From Bugula neritina (lineage: Eukaryota; Animalia; Bryozoa): a DNA stretch of 64,000 nt. The number at the start of each line of letters is the position of its first letter. Within the stretch, counting starts at the first letter, position 1. Below the pieces are notes generated by a model. The model made no database searches, was not told where the DNA came from, and saw only the letters and a list, made by a program, of their open reading frames with translations. A program made the translations under genes and the position numbers. The stretch spans positions 14,476,633 to 14,540,632 of the forward strand of contig OZ037769.1 of the NCBI GenBank assembly GCA_964035545.1, written 5' to 3'. Below, piece by piece: positions 30,191-40,950 of the stretch.

Positions 30191-31918
30191 CCTTTCCAAG
30201 AAATAAAGAGCACTTCAATAGTGAAGCACCTATATGTAGTAAAAAGCTTTAGGCAGCAATAGTTACAGGTGTGCTGTAAACTACGGGAAGCAGGCTACCT
30301 ACCCCACAATATTAAAGAGAAGAAAAAGAACATGGTTCACCCCACCCTTCAGTAAGCATGTGACAACTAAAACAAATATACATATTCTCACCATATATGG
30401 ATATCTCAAAATTTTTACACCTTAAGCTCACAGAGAATATAGAACTAGAAACTCTAGTTAATCTACTCCTGCATGTGCTTGCCTCAATGGTATGGATCAA
30501 CAGACAAAAAACAGTTCACCACTTATGAATTTCCTACCTTCTACTAGCACTAAGAAAGCATGCAACATGTATATATAATCTAATCCATAATCAGTCTTTT
30601 GAACAGGAAAAGGTTTATATCCTATTATACCTACGAAGCCTAGCTCTGTAAAACTTTAAAATACTGACCACAGTATAACACTGCCTCATTTTAAATCCAA
30701 TTTAAAAGTCACAGCTCAAATTACAGTAGTTCCTTTAACTTTACAATGATCAACTTTTAAATCAAGTAATATATCGGCTTGCTTGAGATTTTTCCAAAAT
30801 TCTATATATAAACTTTTAGTAGCTATTTTGTTGAATTTACCCAAATCTTAGTGGCATTGGCTTTTGGCCATTATAAGATCAGTTGCTATATTTTGCAGAC
30901 ATCTTAAATTTAAAAGTTGTGCTAAATGGTGACAGGGACCGCGATACAAGTTATATAGTCAGTCAGATTAAATATAGCTGTGTGAGTGACAATTTATAAA
31001 CTGAAAAACTATAATGTATAAGAACATTTAAATACCAGACAAATTAAGGCTGCATGAACATTTTTACAGTGTAGCATTTTCATGATATAAACATGGAAAA
31101 TGGTGCAAGAGGTGGTGCTGATTTGAAAATACTAGATTGCATTTGAAGATGAGGGGTAAAAGTTCATTGTTGATTCTAAGGTTTTGGCGTTAACTTTGAC
31201 TTTAACTGCAAATGCCTGGCAGCTTTTTTAAAGTAAATTAAATACCTTTAATGATTAGTAAGCTGAGAAGCTGGCTTAATAAAATTGATTATAACAAAGC
31301 TAAGGAAACTTGGCCTAAATCTATATAAGACTGTAAAAGTGAATGCTTTGTTGGGCTATTTAAAGGATGCATATGTCCAATTGTTTTATCATGCAGAGAG
31401 ATTATCCTGTAAAATGCTATTCTTCAAATGCTAAACAGCACAAGAGTACAAATTATACTGATAATGCGTTGCATGGTGTCAAAATTTAATCGTGCATAAA
31501 ACTTCACGAAGTTAAAAAGAATTTTAAACTTGTTGCTACCTACTCTATTATGTTTATAGCAACAATCAAATGTTACAGAAAATTAAAAGTGATTATATTA
31601 TGGCAAACTATTTTATATTCATTAAATAGATAAAATAAATAAAAACAGCAATAAAAACACTTTTTCTTGAACTTACTAAAATGGTAGCAACTAATCAGAA
31701 ATAAATCAGAAATTTTGCAGTGTAGACAGTAAATTTTGTAAGTTGAAAATAATTGTTCAAGTGACACCAGCTTATATTTTAATCAAGCAGCCTTATAGGC
31801 ATAACACATATAATTATAAATGTAGCTGAAAACTACAGTTGTTGGTTCTTGTATAGTAAATATTTTGCATAATACCAGCATGCAAGACAAGTATTTGTTG
31901 CCAATGAGCAAATAACTT
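29537..31918. repeat. Duplicated P2X-like 3' flank, unit D
   Basis: Colinear with units B and C. Confidence 0.88.
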
Positions 31919-33331
31919 TTAAGGCATAAGCGGGGTGGCTGACTGCAGTTGTGGGCTCTCGCAGGTTTGGGCTTTGGATCTTTTACAACTTTCACGAATT
32001 TTACAACAGCAGCAAAAACAACAAGCTATAAAACTTACAAGAACACTTTGCAATGTTCCAACGCTTCTAATAAATACAAATGCTACTACGGTTTTAACCA
32101 GCAGCCTTGTGCTAGAGAAAGCTTCTCCTTTTGCATCCACTTCTATAAAGAACAGCATTCCAACTTCCTTTCTAAAATGTCGGCTGTTTCTGTTTTGATA
32201 ATCAACATCTGTGTAACTATAGCCTCGTTGGCCTTGAAGAAATCGAAACTTGTATGGATGCTTACACTTAGGTTTATCTGCATCCTTCTCATACTTGCAC
32301 CTCCAATCAATTACAATTGAAAAAACTCCACCATGATTGACAATGTGTTGAAAAGTATACTGACTATTTTTCTGATATTTTAGAGCTTCTTTTACAATAT
32401 AGTCTACTCGAAAAAAAGGACACTTTTCAGTTTTTTTATCACCTTTGTTTAGGCATACATCATAATGGTTGAGGACTGGGCCTTTTAAACCATTGTTTGG
32501 AAACTGAAAAATTACAGAGGTGTTGATATGTACAATAAAGTTACCAGTCCCATTTAATACTTCTTCAACTTCATCTGGGGTAGGTTCGGTATCAACTGGG
32601 CACCATGCATTCACGTAACAAGTTCCTTTGGTCACGTCACAAGTTCCGTTAGCATATCCGTCACTATAATCTACCAACTTTAAGAACTCACAATCATCAT
32701 CAGAAGTACATTTTGGTTTGAAAGAAGAACGTTCATCTGAACATAGGCTTCTATTTTGTGTAACAGTTTTAATCAGTTTTGTCATCACAAAGAACTGGTC
32801 TGTAGCGTGTGCTGGTGTAACAACGTCATCTGCATCCCAAACTGTAAGTTTTTTAGTGTGAGGATTAACTGCTTTGGCTGCTCCGTAGACATTGATGATT
32901 GTACTGCTCACACCTACAGCTTCCTCATACCAAAATGTCTGACTTAAACATAAATATGCCACTGACACACGAAATGCTACAACAAGCACTACAACGTGCA
33001 TAATGCAAGCTTTCCAACTGTTCTTAAACTTTTCTTTAGCCTTTAAATATTTGTCCTCCTCAAATTCATGGAGCTGAGTGGTTGCGGCTGCTGTTTGCCC
33101 ATCTTTTACAGAAGTTGGTTTTTTCTCTCTTGCAGAATTTGGTTTTCCCTCTCCTTCAACAGAAGTTAGTTCTGTCTTTTGTGCAGTTACAGACCTTTCC
33201 TTATTTTTGCTCTGAACACCGGTACGCCAGTTCTCCCAAACATCACAGAGCTCTTTGATTATTGACAAAAAAATAGTTATAAGTGTCAAACCAAATCCAA
33301 ACCATTCAGATTCTTTGTCTCCCAGAATCAT
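31919..33331 (-). CDS. Intronless divergent P2X-receptor-like ion channel (intact, 470 aa)
   Basis: TM1 and TM2 plus P2X ectodomain motifs VWD..D.V.P, FFVMT, C.SD.DC, G.C..TC...WCPV, NF, CPFF, GG...I.I.W.C, C.P.Y.F, GY, R..K..G; 10 conserved-pattern Cys. Confidence 0.92.
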   Translation of the reverse strand: MILGDKESEWFGFGLTLITIFLSIIKELCDVWENWRTGVQSKNKERSVTAQKTELTSVEGEGKPNSAREKKPTSVKDGQTAAATTQLHEFEEDKYLKAKEKFKNSWKACIMHVVVLVVAFRVSVAYLCLSQTFWYEEAVGVSSTIINVYGAAKAVNPHTKKLTVWDADDVVTPAHATDQFFVMTKLIKTVTQNRSLCSDERSSFKPKCTSDDDCEFLKLVDYSDGYANGTCDVTKGTCYVNAWCPVDTEPTPDEVEEVLNGTGNFIVHINTSVIFQFPNNGLKGPVLNHYDVCLNKGDKKTEKCPFFRVDYIVKEALKYQKNSQYTFQHIVNHGGVFSIVIDWRCKYEKDADKPKCKHPYKFRFLQGQRGYSYTDVDYQNRNSRHFRKEVGMLFFIEVDAKGEAFSSTRLLVKTVVAFVFIRSVGTLQSVLVSFIACCFCCCCKIRESCKRSKAQTCESPQLQSATPLMP

Positions 33332-33374
33332 GTTGATGATTGTGAGTGTTTTACTATGACAGTTTTTTAAAAGT

Positions 33375-33575
33375 GGAAAATATATAGCTGAACGTTGATT
33401 TTATATCTTGATTATTAGTCTCTCATCAAAATCTTCCTTCATGAAGTGACATGATTGGTCAAATGATGTTTATTTGTTATTGGCTACCAACTAGCTAATA
33501 AAACTATGCAAACACACACACATGTGGGCGCGCACACACACACACGCACGCACGCACGCACGCACGCACGCACAC
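33375..33575 (-). promoter_or_regulatory. Putative proximal promoter of the intact P2X-like gene
   Basis: TATATA ~50 bp upstream of ATG, two CCAAT boxes (ATTGG on plus), then a CA/CGCA repeat; conserved with 12465-12625. Confidence 0.5.
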
Positions 33576-34073
33576 ATGCATTTGTTGTTTCTTTCTCTTT
33601 CACAATCGTCAAAATACTGAAATTTTTATAACGGAAAAACTTGCCCATTGTGGTTTGGTAGCGGGTACAATCGGCCACTGCATGGTTGGAACGCACCAAA
33701 TATATTAAAACTTTGCTTATTTGGTTGTACCTCACTTTTATTTATTTGATGTACACAAATAAACGAAAATACTCTTTTATATCTACAGAAAAATCATGTT
33801 TTAGCTGCACGGTTTGCGCCACCACAGATAGTAGGGGAGGCAAAACAAAACGCACATCACTTATTTCTATGGTGCTATTGTCATTAATGTTTAGAACTAA
33901 AAGTTTTTTTTAGTTTTGAGCAAAATTCCCACTTCACAAGAACTTTCACCAGAAAAAACTTTAGTAACATATTATGTACTACAAAATTCCGCGTGGACTT
34001 TTTCCTCTTACTATAGAAATAAATCTAGAGCATAAACATTAGAAGAAATAAAATGAGATTTGATTAATATAAT

Positions 34074-34134
34074 GGCATTTATTACTAGTAGTTTCGTACA
34101 CAAGAACGATGTGCACTCGTCAGATAAATTTGCC
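34074..34134 (-). ncRNA. Hammerhead ribozyme in a solo Penelope pseudo-LTR (34038-34150)
   Basis: Exact reverse complement of 14090-14150; abuts (TA)n. Confidence 0.88.
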
Positions 34135-34148
34135 ACATAAATTTCTTC

Positions 34149-34330
<182 letters not shown>

Positions 34331-36378
34331 TCTATGTTTAAAAAATGAATTAGAAGAACTCAATATTTTGAAAAATAGAGTATATATATATTTGGTATTG
34401 ATACTATTTCGGATATAATAAACTTATTTATTCAGTTTATCAGCTACAAATTTGTTTCACATAGGACAAGCCATGCTTATCAGGTTGTTATGTATGGCCG
34501 AGTGATTTTGTTTTGAAGTTTAGATTGTTTGTGTATTGCTACACTGGAATGTCATAATTAGCGTCTGTTAAATTCGCAGGCAAATATTTTCGTTTATGTT
34601 TGCACGTGCTGGAAAGCTCTTTGCGTTTGTTGAGGGAGGATAACTCCGGTTTCTTTCAAAATTACATATCTCTCATAGCTACATAAGTTACATCTGTTAG
34701 TTAAGTTTGAGTACGATATACAAATTTTAAAAATTTTCCATTTTAGCCCTGTTAGGCCCAGTGTATCGTATACGCTACATTAACTTTCAATGCATATATA
34801 TCTAATGGAAATGATAAAAAGTTATAAAATACATTTGTAAAGTTTAATTTTAGGCATTTTTCACCGATAGATACTATTTTTTATATAATTAGTTAGTTTG
34901 TATGACCATAGCATCAAGTTTAGAATTTGACATTCGCCTAGTTCGCGAAACACATATTTGGGGTTGCATTATTTGTTCAAATTTTTTCTGGACAGAGAGA
35001 ATTTATGTTTTTTTATTATATAAACCAACAGTAAACATGTTGTTCAACATGTGTACCAAGTGTTAATTGCTAAATTTGACCCAGCAGCAATATTCAGGCT
35101 TCCAAAAAGTCATGTAGCACCGGTGCTACACTGGGCCTTAGAGGCAACAACTCTTTCAAATTTCAGATCAATATTGTAATGATTGAAATTGCTATTTCAA
35201 TCATTTTTGCAACTTATTTTTGCTCCGTCAATTCAATTTAATTCACACATGATACCCAGATAGTGAAACTAAATATTTTTAAAGCAGCACTTATATACTA
35301 GAAAGATAAAAAATCGCAGAGCTGAAAAACTGGACAGCTTTATTTTTCAGTGGTTTTGATGGATTATATCAAACCAAATAAATAATTTCAATTGGCTTTG
35401 CCTTTTCTTTTAGGATTTTAGACTGCCTTTTGATCAATCTATTTTTACTAGTTTTTGATTGTAGAGAACCTAAACATAGATCTTTCAAAATCTGAAAATG
35501 GCTGCATTTATTTTGAGAGCTTTTCACCATCTATGCCAAAGGGACCGTTAAGCATTGCAAAAATATCATCAAACTAGCAAAAATGTACCTGAACTTTATT
35601 TTCTAAATTAAATGAAGTTCCAATTTTGGATTTTTAAAACCTTAGTGTATATTCTAACTTTCATAAATATTGTATAAAATTATTTAGGGCAACATTCTAA
35701 AACCAGTCATGTTTTATAATATTGCAAAAACTCTTCAAACAATAGCTTTGCTAACAACACTTTCCTTGCATAAAATTATAAGTACCTCAAAAAAAACAAA
35801 GTATGTCTTAGGCAGACTGAGTTATAATAAACAGCAGGCCAGGCTACAAATTCATTAGGTAGAAACAGCTAAATGATCTAGAATGTAAATTACTCAAACT
35901 GAAAGAGGAGAAAAAATATGTTTTTTTGTTAATATGAATGCTAAACTCTGAGTTTGCTTCATTTTTACTAAATAACAGGTAACATAAGAATGTGGATTAT
36001 AAAAGAACTAACAAAGATAAAGGCCACATTATACATATGTATTCATTATTCCAGAAATTGTTGGACACCATAAAAAAATGTCTGACATCACTGTGCTTGA
36101 TCTTTTTTACTTTCTTGATATTTGGAAATATCCACAAGATAAATTTTTTTGGGATAAGCTAATTCTAGCGACAGTGAGTGCATGTACTAGCTTACAGTAA
36201 TGGCATAAGGATACAACAAATATCAAATGTTAGATAAGCAAAGATCAAATTGTTAAGGGGGAGAGGGGTGGGTAAGCCTCATTAATGTATAATATATAAT
36301 AATTGTTTCTGGTAGCTTATTTTACTCAGGATATAATGTGACATCATTTATCATGGTAAATTTAAAACAGAATAATAT

Positions 36379-36791
36379 TGTTGTAGATTCGCACAAATAT
36401 ACCATGTCCTTGTTTTATTTAGAGTTATATTCCCTTGCACACGTTTCTTTTTTTTGTTATTATTATTATATGTAAACCGATACTCGTGCGAAGTCGGAGC
36501 CCGAAGACGCGATATCGGAGGGGCCTGCCCGAGATCGGGCAGGTCTTCCTCCGATGTCGGTCGGCGGAACTCCGACGTTCGCACGAGTTTCGGTCCCTCA
36601 TTAAGTGGCGGGAATTTCCCCCTATATAAGTACGAAGTTTTTCCAAAGCAATTCATTCTTGTACTGGAGCTCGAAACAGTCAGAAGTAATAAATACTCAT
36701 ATATTCATTTTGAATCAAGACTCTTTATTTCTATCACAATAACTGGCATGCAGACTACTAGTCTATTCTTATAATCTACAAAATCACAACA
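36379..36791 (+). repeat. 5' LTR of Gypsy B
   Basis: TG...CA; direct repeat of 42334-42746. Confidence 0.96.
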
Positions 36792-36863
36792 TTGGTGGCA
36801 GCGGTAGGATTAGAATAGACTAGTACGACAAGCAGCCATTAGAGAGAAAGAAAGAACAGCACC

Positions 36864-37787
36864 ATGGGGGACGAAGAAGAAGAAGTCGTGGTAGAAGGAG
36901 AAGAAGAAGTAGAAGGGGACCGTCTCACCATGGAGACGCTCATCACGGCTCTCCGAGAGGTCGGAAAGACCGGACAGGCAGCACCTGGAGACAGGTATCG
37001 CCTGAGGCCTCCGATTTTCGGAGGCGAGGGCGATATCGAACAATTCATCAGAGAGTTTGAGGAGGTAGCCACCCTGGCCGAATGGCCGGCACCGGTGCGC
37101 CTCCTCCACCTCCGTACCTGTCTGACGGGTCAGGCAAAGAGTTATGCTCTGGGACCCAATACAGCGCACATCTTTCAGGCCCTCAGGTCGCGTTTCGGGC
37201 TAACCGCCCGCGCCGCCAGGGACAGATTGCGCACCATACGCCGAGACCGGAAGACCTCACTCCAAGACCATGCAAACGCTATTGAGGCACTAGTACCAGT
37301 AGCCCATAGCGACGACACACCGGCAGCACAAAGAGGTGCTGTGTATGAAGCCTTCTTCCACACAATCAATAACCCTGGACTACAGCGTTATTACTTGGCA
37401 GCCAAGGTCACCACTATAGAGGAAGCCTTAACCCTGGGCAAGGCTTACTACCAAGTGGAGGGACCTCAGTGTGCGGATTTCACCGCTTGTCAAATTGAGG
37501 AACGACCCGAAGTCGCTAAATCGGATCAGCCAAACCCACAGGCCATGGCGGCTGCTACTACTTCGTCACCCGACCAGATGACCATGCTGATGGACATGGT
37601 AAAGGGATTGCAGGCAGAGATGAAACAGATGCAGAGAGAACAGGCTGATAAACGAAACCCCCGACCCCGGGGTGAACCAGCCGGTACTACCCACCTCACC
37701 TGCTGGGGGTGTGGTGCCAGGGGACATGTACGAAGACAATGCCCTCACGAAAGAAGGATGCCTTTAAACACCCGGGGCTCGCGGTAA
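36864..37787 (+). CDS. gag: Gag (Gypsy B)
   Basis: 307 aa; capsid-like region plus CWGCGARGHVRRQC. Confidence 0.93.
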   Translation: MGDEEEEVVVEGEEEVEGDRLTMETLITALREVGKTGQAAPGDRYRLRPPIFGGEGDIEQFIREFEEVATLAEWPAPVRLLHLRTCLTGQAKSYALGPNTAHIFQALRSRFGLTARAARDRLRTIRRDRKTSLQDHANAIEALVPVAHSDDTPAAQRGAVYEAFFHTINNPGLQRYYLAAKVTTIEEALTLGKAYYQVEGPQCADFTACQIEERPEVAKSDQPNPQAMAAATTSSPDQMTMLMDMVKGLQAEMKQMQREQADKRNPRPRGEPAGTTHLTCWGCGARGHVRRQCPHERRMPLNTRGSR

Positions 37788-37806
37788 CCTCCGCCAACCG
37801 TGAACC
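37763..37806 (+). promoter_or_regulatory. -1 programmed ribosomal frameshift signal
   Basis: T TTA AAC in the gag frame, followed by hairpin ggctcgcggt/accgtgaacc; pol is in the -1 frame. Confidence 0.75.
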
Positions 37807-39919
37807 ACCAGCCAACCCCATCCGGGAAGAAATGATCCAAGGAGCCTCTTCCAGGCCAGCCGAGGCTGCGTGGAGACGTCGGAGACCCCAAGGTCTGCCC
37901 GACTCTCTGACCCAGCCACCTACGACCCAGATGGGACCCCTAGATGCAGGATGGCAGGCACCTCGGAGATCTCGGAGACCGCAAGGTTTACCCGATCCTC
38001 CGGCCTGGCCACTCCAAAACCGGTTCGCGGGGTTGCCCGAAGAGGCTGTGGAGGAAGATTCAGCTTATTCGCAAGAGTATCCAAAGCTACCCTTCCAGCC
38101 TCAGAAAACCCCCGTTGTCTGTAAGACGAAGAGGAGGCCCGCTGTAAGGACCCAAGAGGTGTCCCCCCCAGAGACTGACCGACCCAGGAGCACCCAGCCG
38201 TATGGAAGCAGCTACTTCCTACCCGGAAAAATTTCGGGTAAAGCTGCCACCTTCCTGCTGGACACAGGGTGCACTACAAACCTGCTAAGTCGGCGTCTCT
38301 TCGACACCCTTGGTGCCCGAGAGCGGGCGAGCCTCGAGCCATACGAGGGAGCACACGGTACGTTGGCGGACGGATCGTGTATTCCCTTCTATGGCATTAT
38401 CACGTTACCTGGACGAGTCCGTGATAAAGTGATTCAAGAGACGTTCATTGTCAGCCACCTGAAGGAAGACGCCATTCTGGGAATGCCCTTTCTGGAGAAA
38501 CACCAGTGTCACATGGATTTCCAGAAGTCGGCGGTGGTGATGGCTGGGAAGGAACTTGCCTGTGTGGACAAGTTTGGTAGGCCCTTGGTGGGCGGAGTCC
38601 AGGTAGTGCAGGACTGCACGATTCCAGGGAGATCCCAGGCTACTCTCCGATGCAGGGTCAACTGCAAGGAGATCGCCGCACTGGGGGTGGTGGAGGGAAC
38701 GCACGGAGCAATCCGACTAGCAAACAGCCTAAATCGGCTGGACTGTCGAAGAGAGCTCCTCGTGCAATGCATCAACCCCTTTGCGGAATCGGTCCGATTA
38801 TCGGCTGGTGTACTGGTGGGGAAGTACCACTCCATCCATGAGGCGGATGTAGGTCCGGCACTGGAAACAGTGACCGACACCCAGGGAAACCCCCCTCACA
38901 ACCACCGAGAAGCAGTCCCGGAGCATGTGGCTGGCTTGTACAGTGGAGCGTGTGGGAACTGTACGAGTAGTACTGAACGCCAAACACTGGCTCAACTACT
39001 CGCGGAGTACAGTGATGTCTTCAGTCGTGGTGATGAAGATATGGGACTGACTAAGGTTATCTCCCACGAGATACCCCTGGCAGCTGGCACCACTCCCATC
39101 AGGCAGCCAACCCGACGTCTGGGCCCGGAGAAGGAGAAGGAGGTGAGCCGGCAGGTGCAAGATCTTCTCGACCGGGACCTGATTGAGCCTGCCCACGGTG
39201 CGTGGAGCTCTCCAGTAGTCCTGGTCAAGAAGAAGGATGGTAGCTGGAGGTTCTGTGTGGACTACCGCAGACTCAACAGCGTTACCATCCAGGACGCTTA
39301 CCCCCTCCCGCGGATAGATGAGTCTCTGGATGCCCTCGCGGGTAGCAAGTACTTCAGTACTCTGGACCTGCTTAGCGGGTACTGGCAAGTACCCCTCAGT
39401 CCTGATGCTCAGGACAAAGCAGCATTCATTACCCGCGATGGGCTCTGGAAGTGGAAAGTACTGCCGTTTGGACTTACGTCCGCCCCGGCAACTTTCCAAA
39501 GACTCATGGAGCAGGTCCTCAGTGGGTTACACTGGAAGACCCTCCTAATCTATCTGGATGACGTCATTGTCATCTCCCCAAACTTTACGACTCATGTCAG
39601 TCGTCTGCGGGAGGTCTTTGACCGACTCCGGGCTGCTGGACTGAAGTTGAAGCCCTCCAAGTGTGCACTCCTACAGCAAGAAGTCACGTACCTGGGCCAT
39701 GTGGTTGGCCGTGACGGGGTCGCTACCGACCCAGAGAAGGTACAGGCTGTGAAGGAGTGGGCCGTCCCCCGGGACCTCTCTGAATTGCGGGCATTCTTGG
39801 GCCTGGTAGGGTACTACAGGCAGTACGTACCGGGGTTTGCAGGGGTGGCTCAGCCTTTGAATCGGCTAACCACCAAGGAAGCACCCCCCACTCTAGCACA
39901 CAGGAAACACCGAACTTGA
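37763..39919 (+). CDS. pol: Pol (protease and RT), truncated by internal deletion at ~39878
   Basis: FLLDTGC, WRFCVDYRRLN, LPFGL, YLDD; runs out of frame after PLNRLTTK. Confidence 0.9.
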   Translation, partial: FKHPGLAVTSANREPPANPIREEMIQGASSRPAEAAWRRRRPQGLPDSLTQPPTTQMGPLDAGWQAPRRSRRPQGLPDPPAWPLQNRFAGLPEEAVEEDSAYSQEYPKLPFQPQKTPVVCKTKRRPAVRTQEVSPPETDRPRSTQPYGSSYFLPGKISGKAATFLLDTGCTTNLLSRRLFDTLGARERASLEPYEGAHGTLADGSCIPFYGIITLPGRVRDKVIQETFIVSHLKEDAILGMPFLEKHQCHMDFQKSAVVMAGKELACVDKFGRPLVGGVQVVQDCTIPGRSQATLRCRVNCKEIAALGVVEGTHGAIRLANSLNRLDCRRELLVQCINPFAESVRLSAGVLVGKYHSIHEADVGPALETVTDTQGNPPHNHREAVPEHVAGLYSGACGNCTSSTERQTLAQLLAEYSDVFSRGDEDMGLTKVISHEIPLAAGTTPIRQPTRRLGPEKEKEVSRQVQDLLDRDLIEPAHGAWSSPVVLVKKKDGSWRFCVDYRRLNSVTIQDAYPLPRIDESLDALAGSKYFSTLDLLSGYWQVPLSPDAQDKAAFITRDGLWKWKVLPFGLTSAPATFQRLMEQVLSGLHWKTLLIYLDDVIVISPNFTTHVSRLREVFDRLRAAGLKLKPSKCALLQQEVTYLGHVVGRDGVATDPEKVQAVKEWAVPRDLSELRAFLGLVGYYRQYVPGFAGVAQPLNRLTTKEAPPTLAHRKHRT

Positions 39920-40950
39920 TGATGTTGGGCCGAGAAACCAGGGTACCAGAACATCTCGCGTACCACATTCCTAACCCAGAATTCCCAGTACATGAGTACG
40001 TGGGAAAGTTAGTCGAAACCATGAAGAAAGCTCATGACGCACTGAGAGAGAAACAGTGGCTGGTACGAACAGAAGATTCCGAGGAACCACCTCTGTATCG
40101 CGAAGGGGACTGGGTGTGGATGGTCAGCTACCGCAGGCGACGCGGACAATCGGCTAAATTACAGCCTAAGTTCGTCGGGCCCTACTGCGTGGTAGAGGTT
40201 TTACCAAACCATACATATCGTGTGGAACGCTCGGGACAGATATCTGTTCAAAACGAGCAGCGGTTGAAACCTTACCACGGAAGCCCGGAAGCCGCGGGAC
40301 AGGCACCACCACTGCTGGAACCAGCACGACAGCCCATCACCCGTGGGAGGAGGAATCAACCCCGAGAGTGGGAAATAATAGTTCGTGACCCCAGGGAAGT
40401 CCAAGACACCTCCGACGCCCCCCCACGGAGCCTGCCACCCGCTCTACACACCCATGATTTACCCACCCAGACCAGCCAACCAGAGACACCCACCTCGCTA
40501 ACACCGGCCCCAGAGGACCTCCCCTTGCCACCGACGCCTGTCCCAGACGATATTCCACCTCCACCAGACACCCCACATCAACCAAGCAACCCTACCAACC
40601 TCACGCTAGGGAGAGGGAAAAGAGACAAGAAACCACCGGGTTATTTAGCTGATTATCACGTGGGATGCATGGCTGAACTTCACCCTTCAAATCATTACCC
40701 CCAACCAGACTCGAATTCAAACTGTCACCTCAGAACAACCATAAATACACTGACTACCCAAGAAAATCGGGACCGAAATTCGGAGGCGGCCCGACACCCG
40801 GAGTTGTCTAATTTAATTGACCACTTGACCAGTCACGTGATCGGCGATCGCACGAGTTTTAAAATTAAAAATCAAAACTCGGCCATTTGCACTTCAACTT
40901 TGAACAATACAGCACGCTATTTTAAATTCAATTTGAAAAATTTGACAGAT
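39916..40950 (+). pseudogene. Integrase C-terminal remnant (GPY/F motif, Pro-rich tail)
   Basis: MMLGRETRVP, KLQPKFVGPYCV, RDKKPPGYLADY. Confidence 0.85.

Noticed and set aside
33580-34037. Possible Helitron or other repeat upstream of the P2X-like gene (also 26240-26640)
   Set aside because: No convincing TIR, TSD or terminal hairpin, and no second copy in the window
36351-36774. ORFs duplicated at 42219-42729
   Set aside because: Chance frames in the GC-rich LTR; duplicated only because the LTR is
38405-39499. Antisense ORFs over the Gypsy pol genes
   Set aside because: Shadow frames of GC-rich coding sequence with no recognisable motifs
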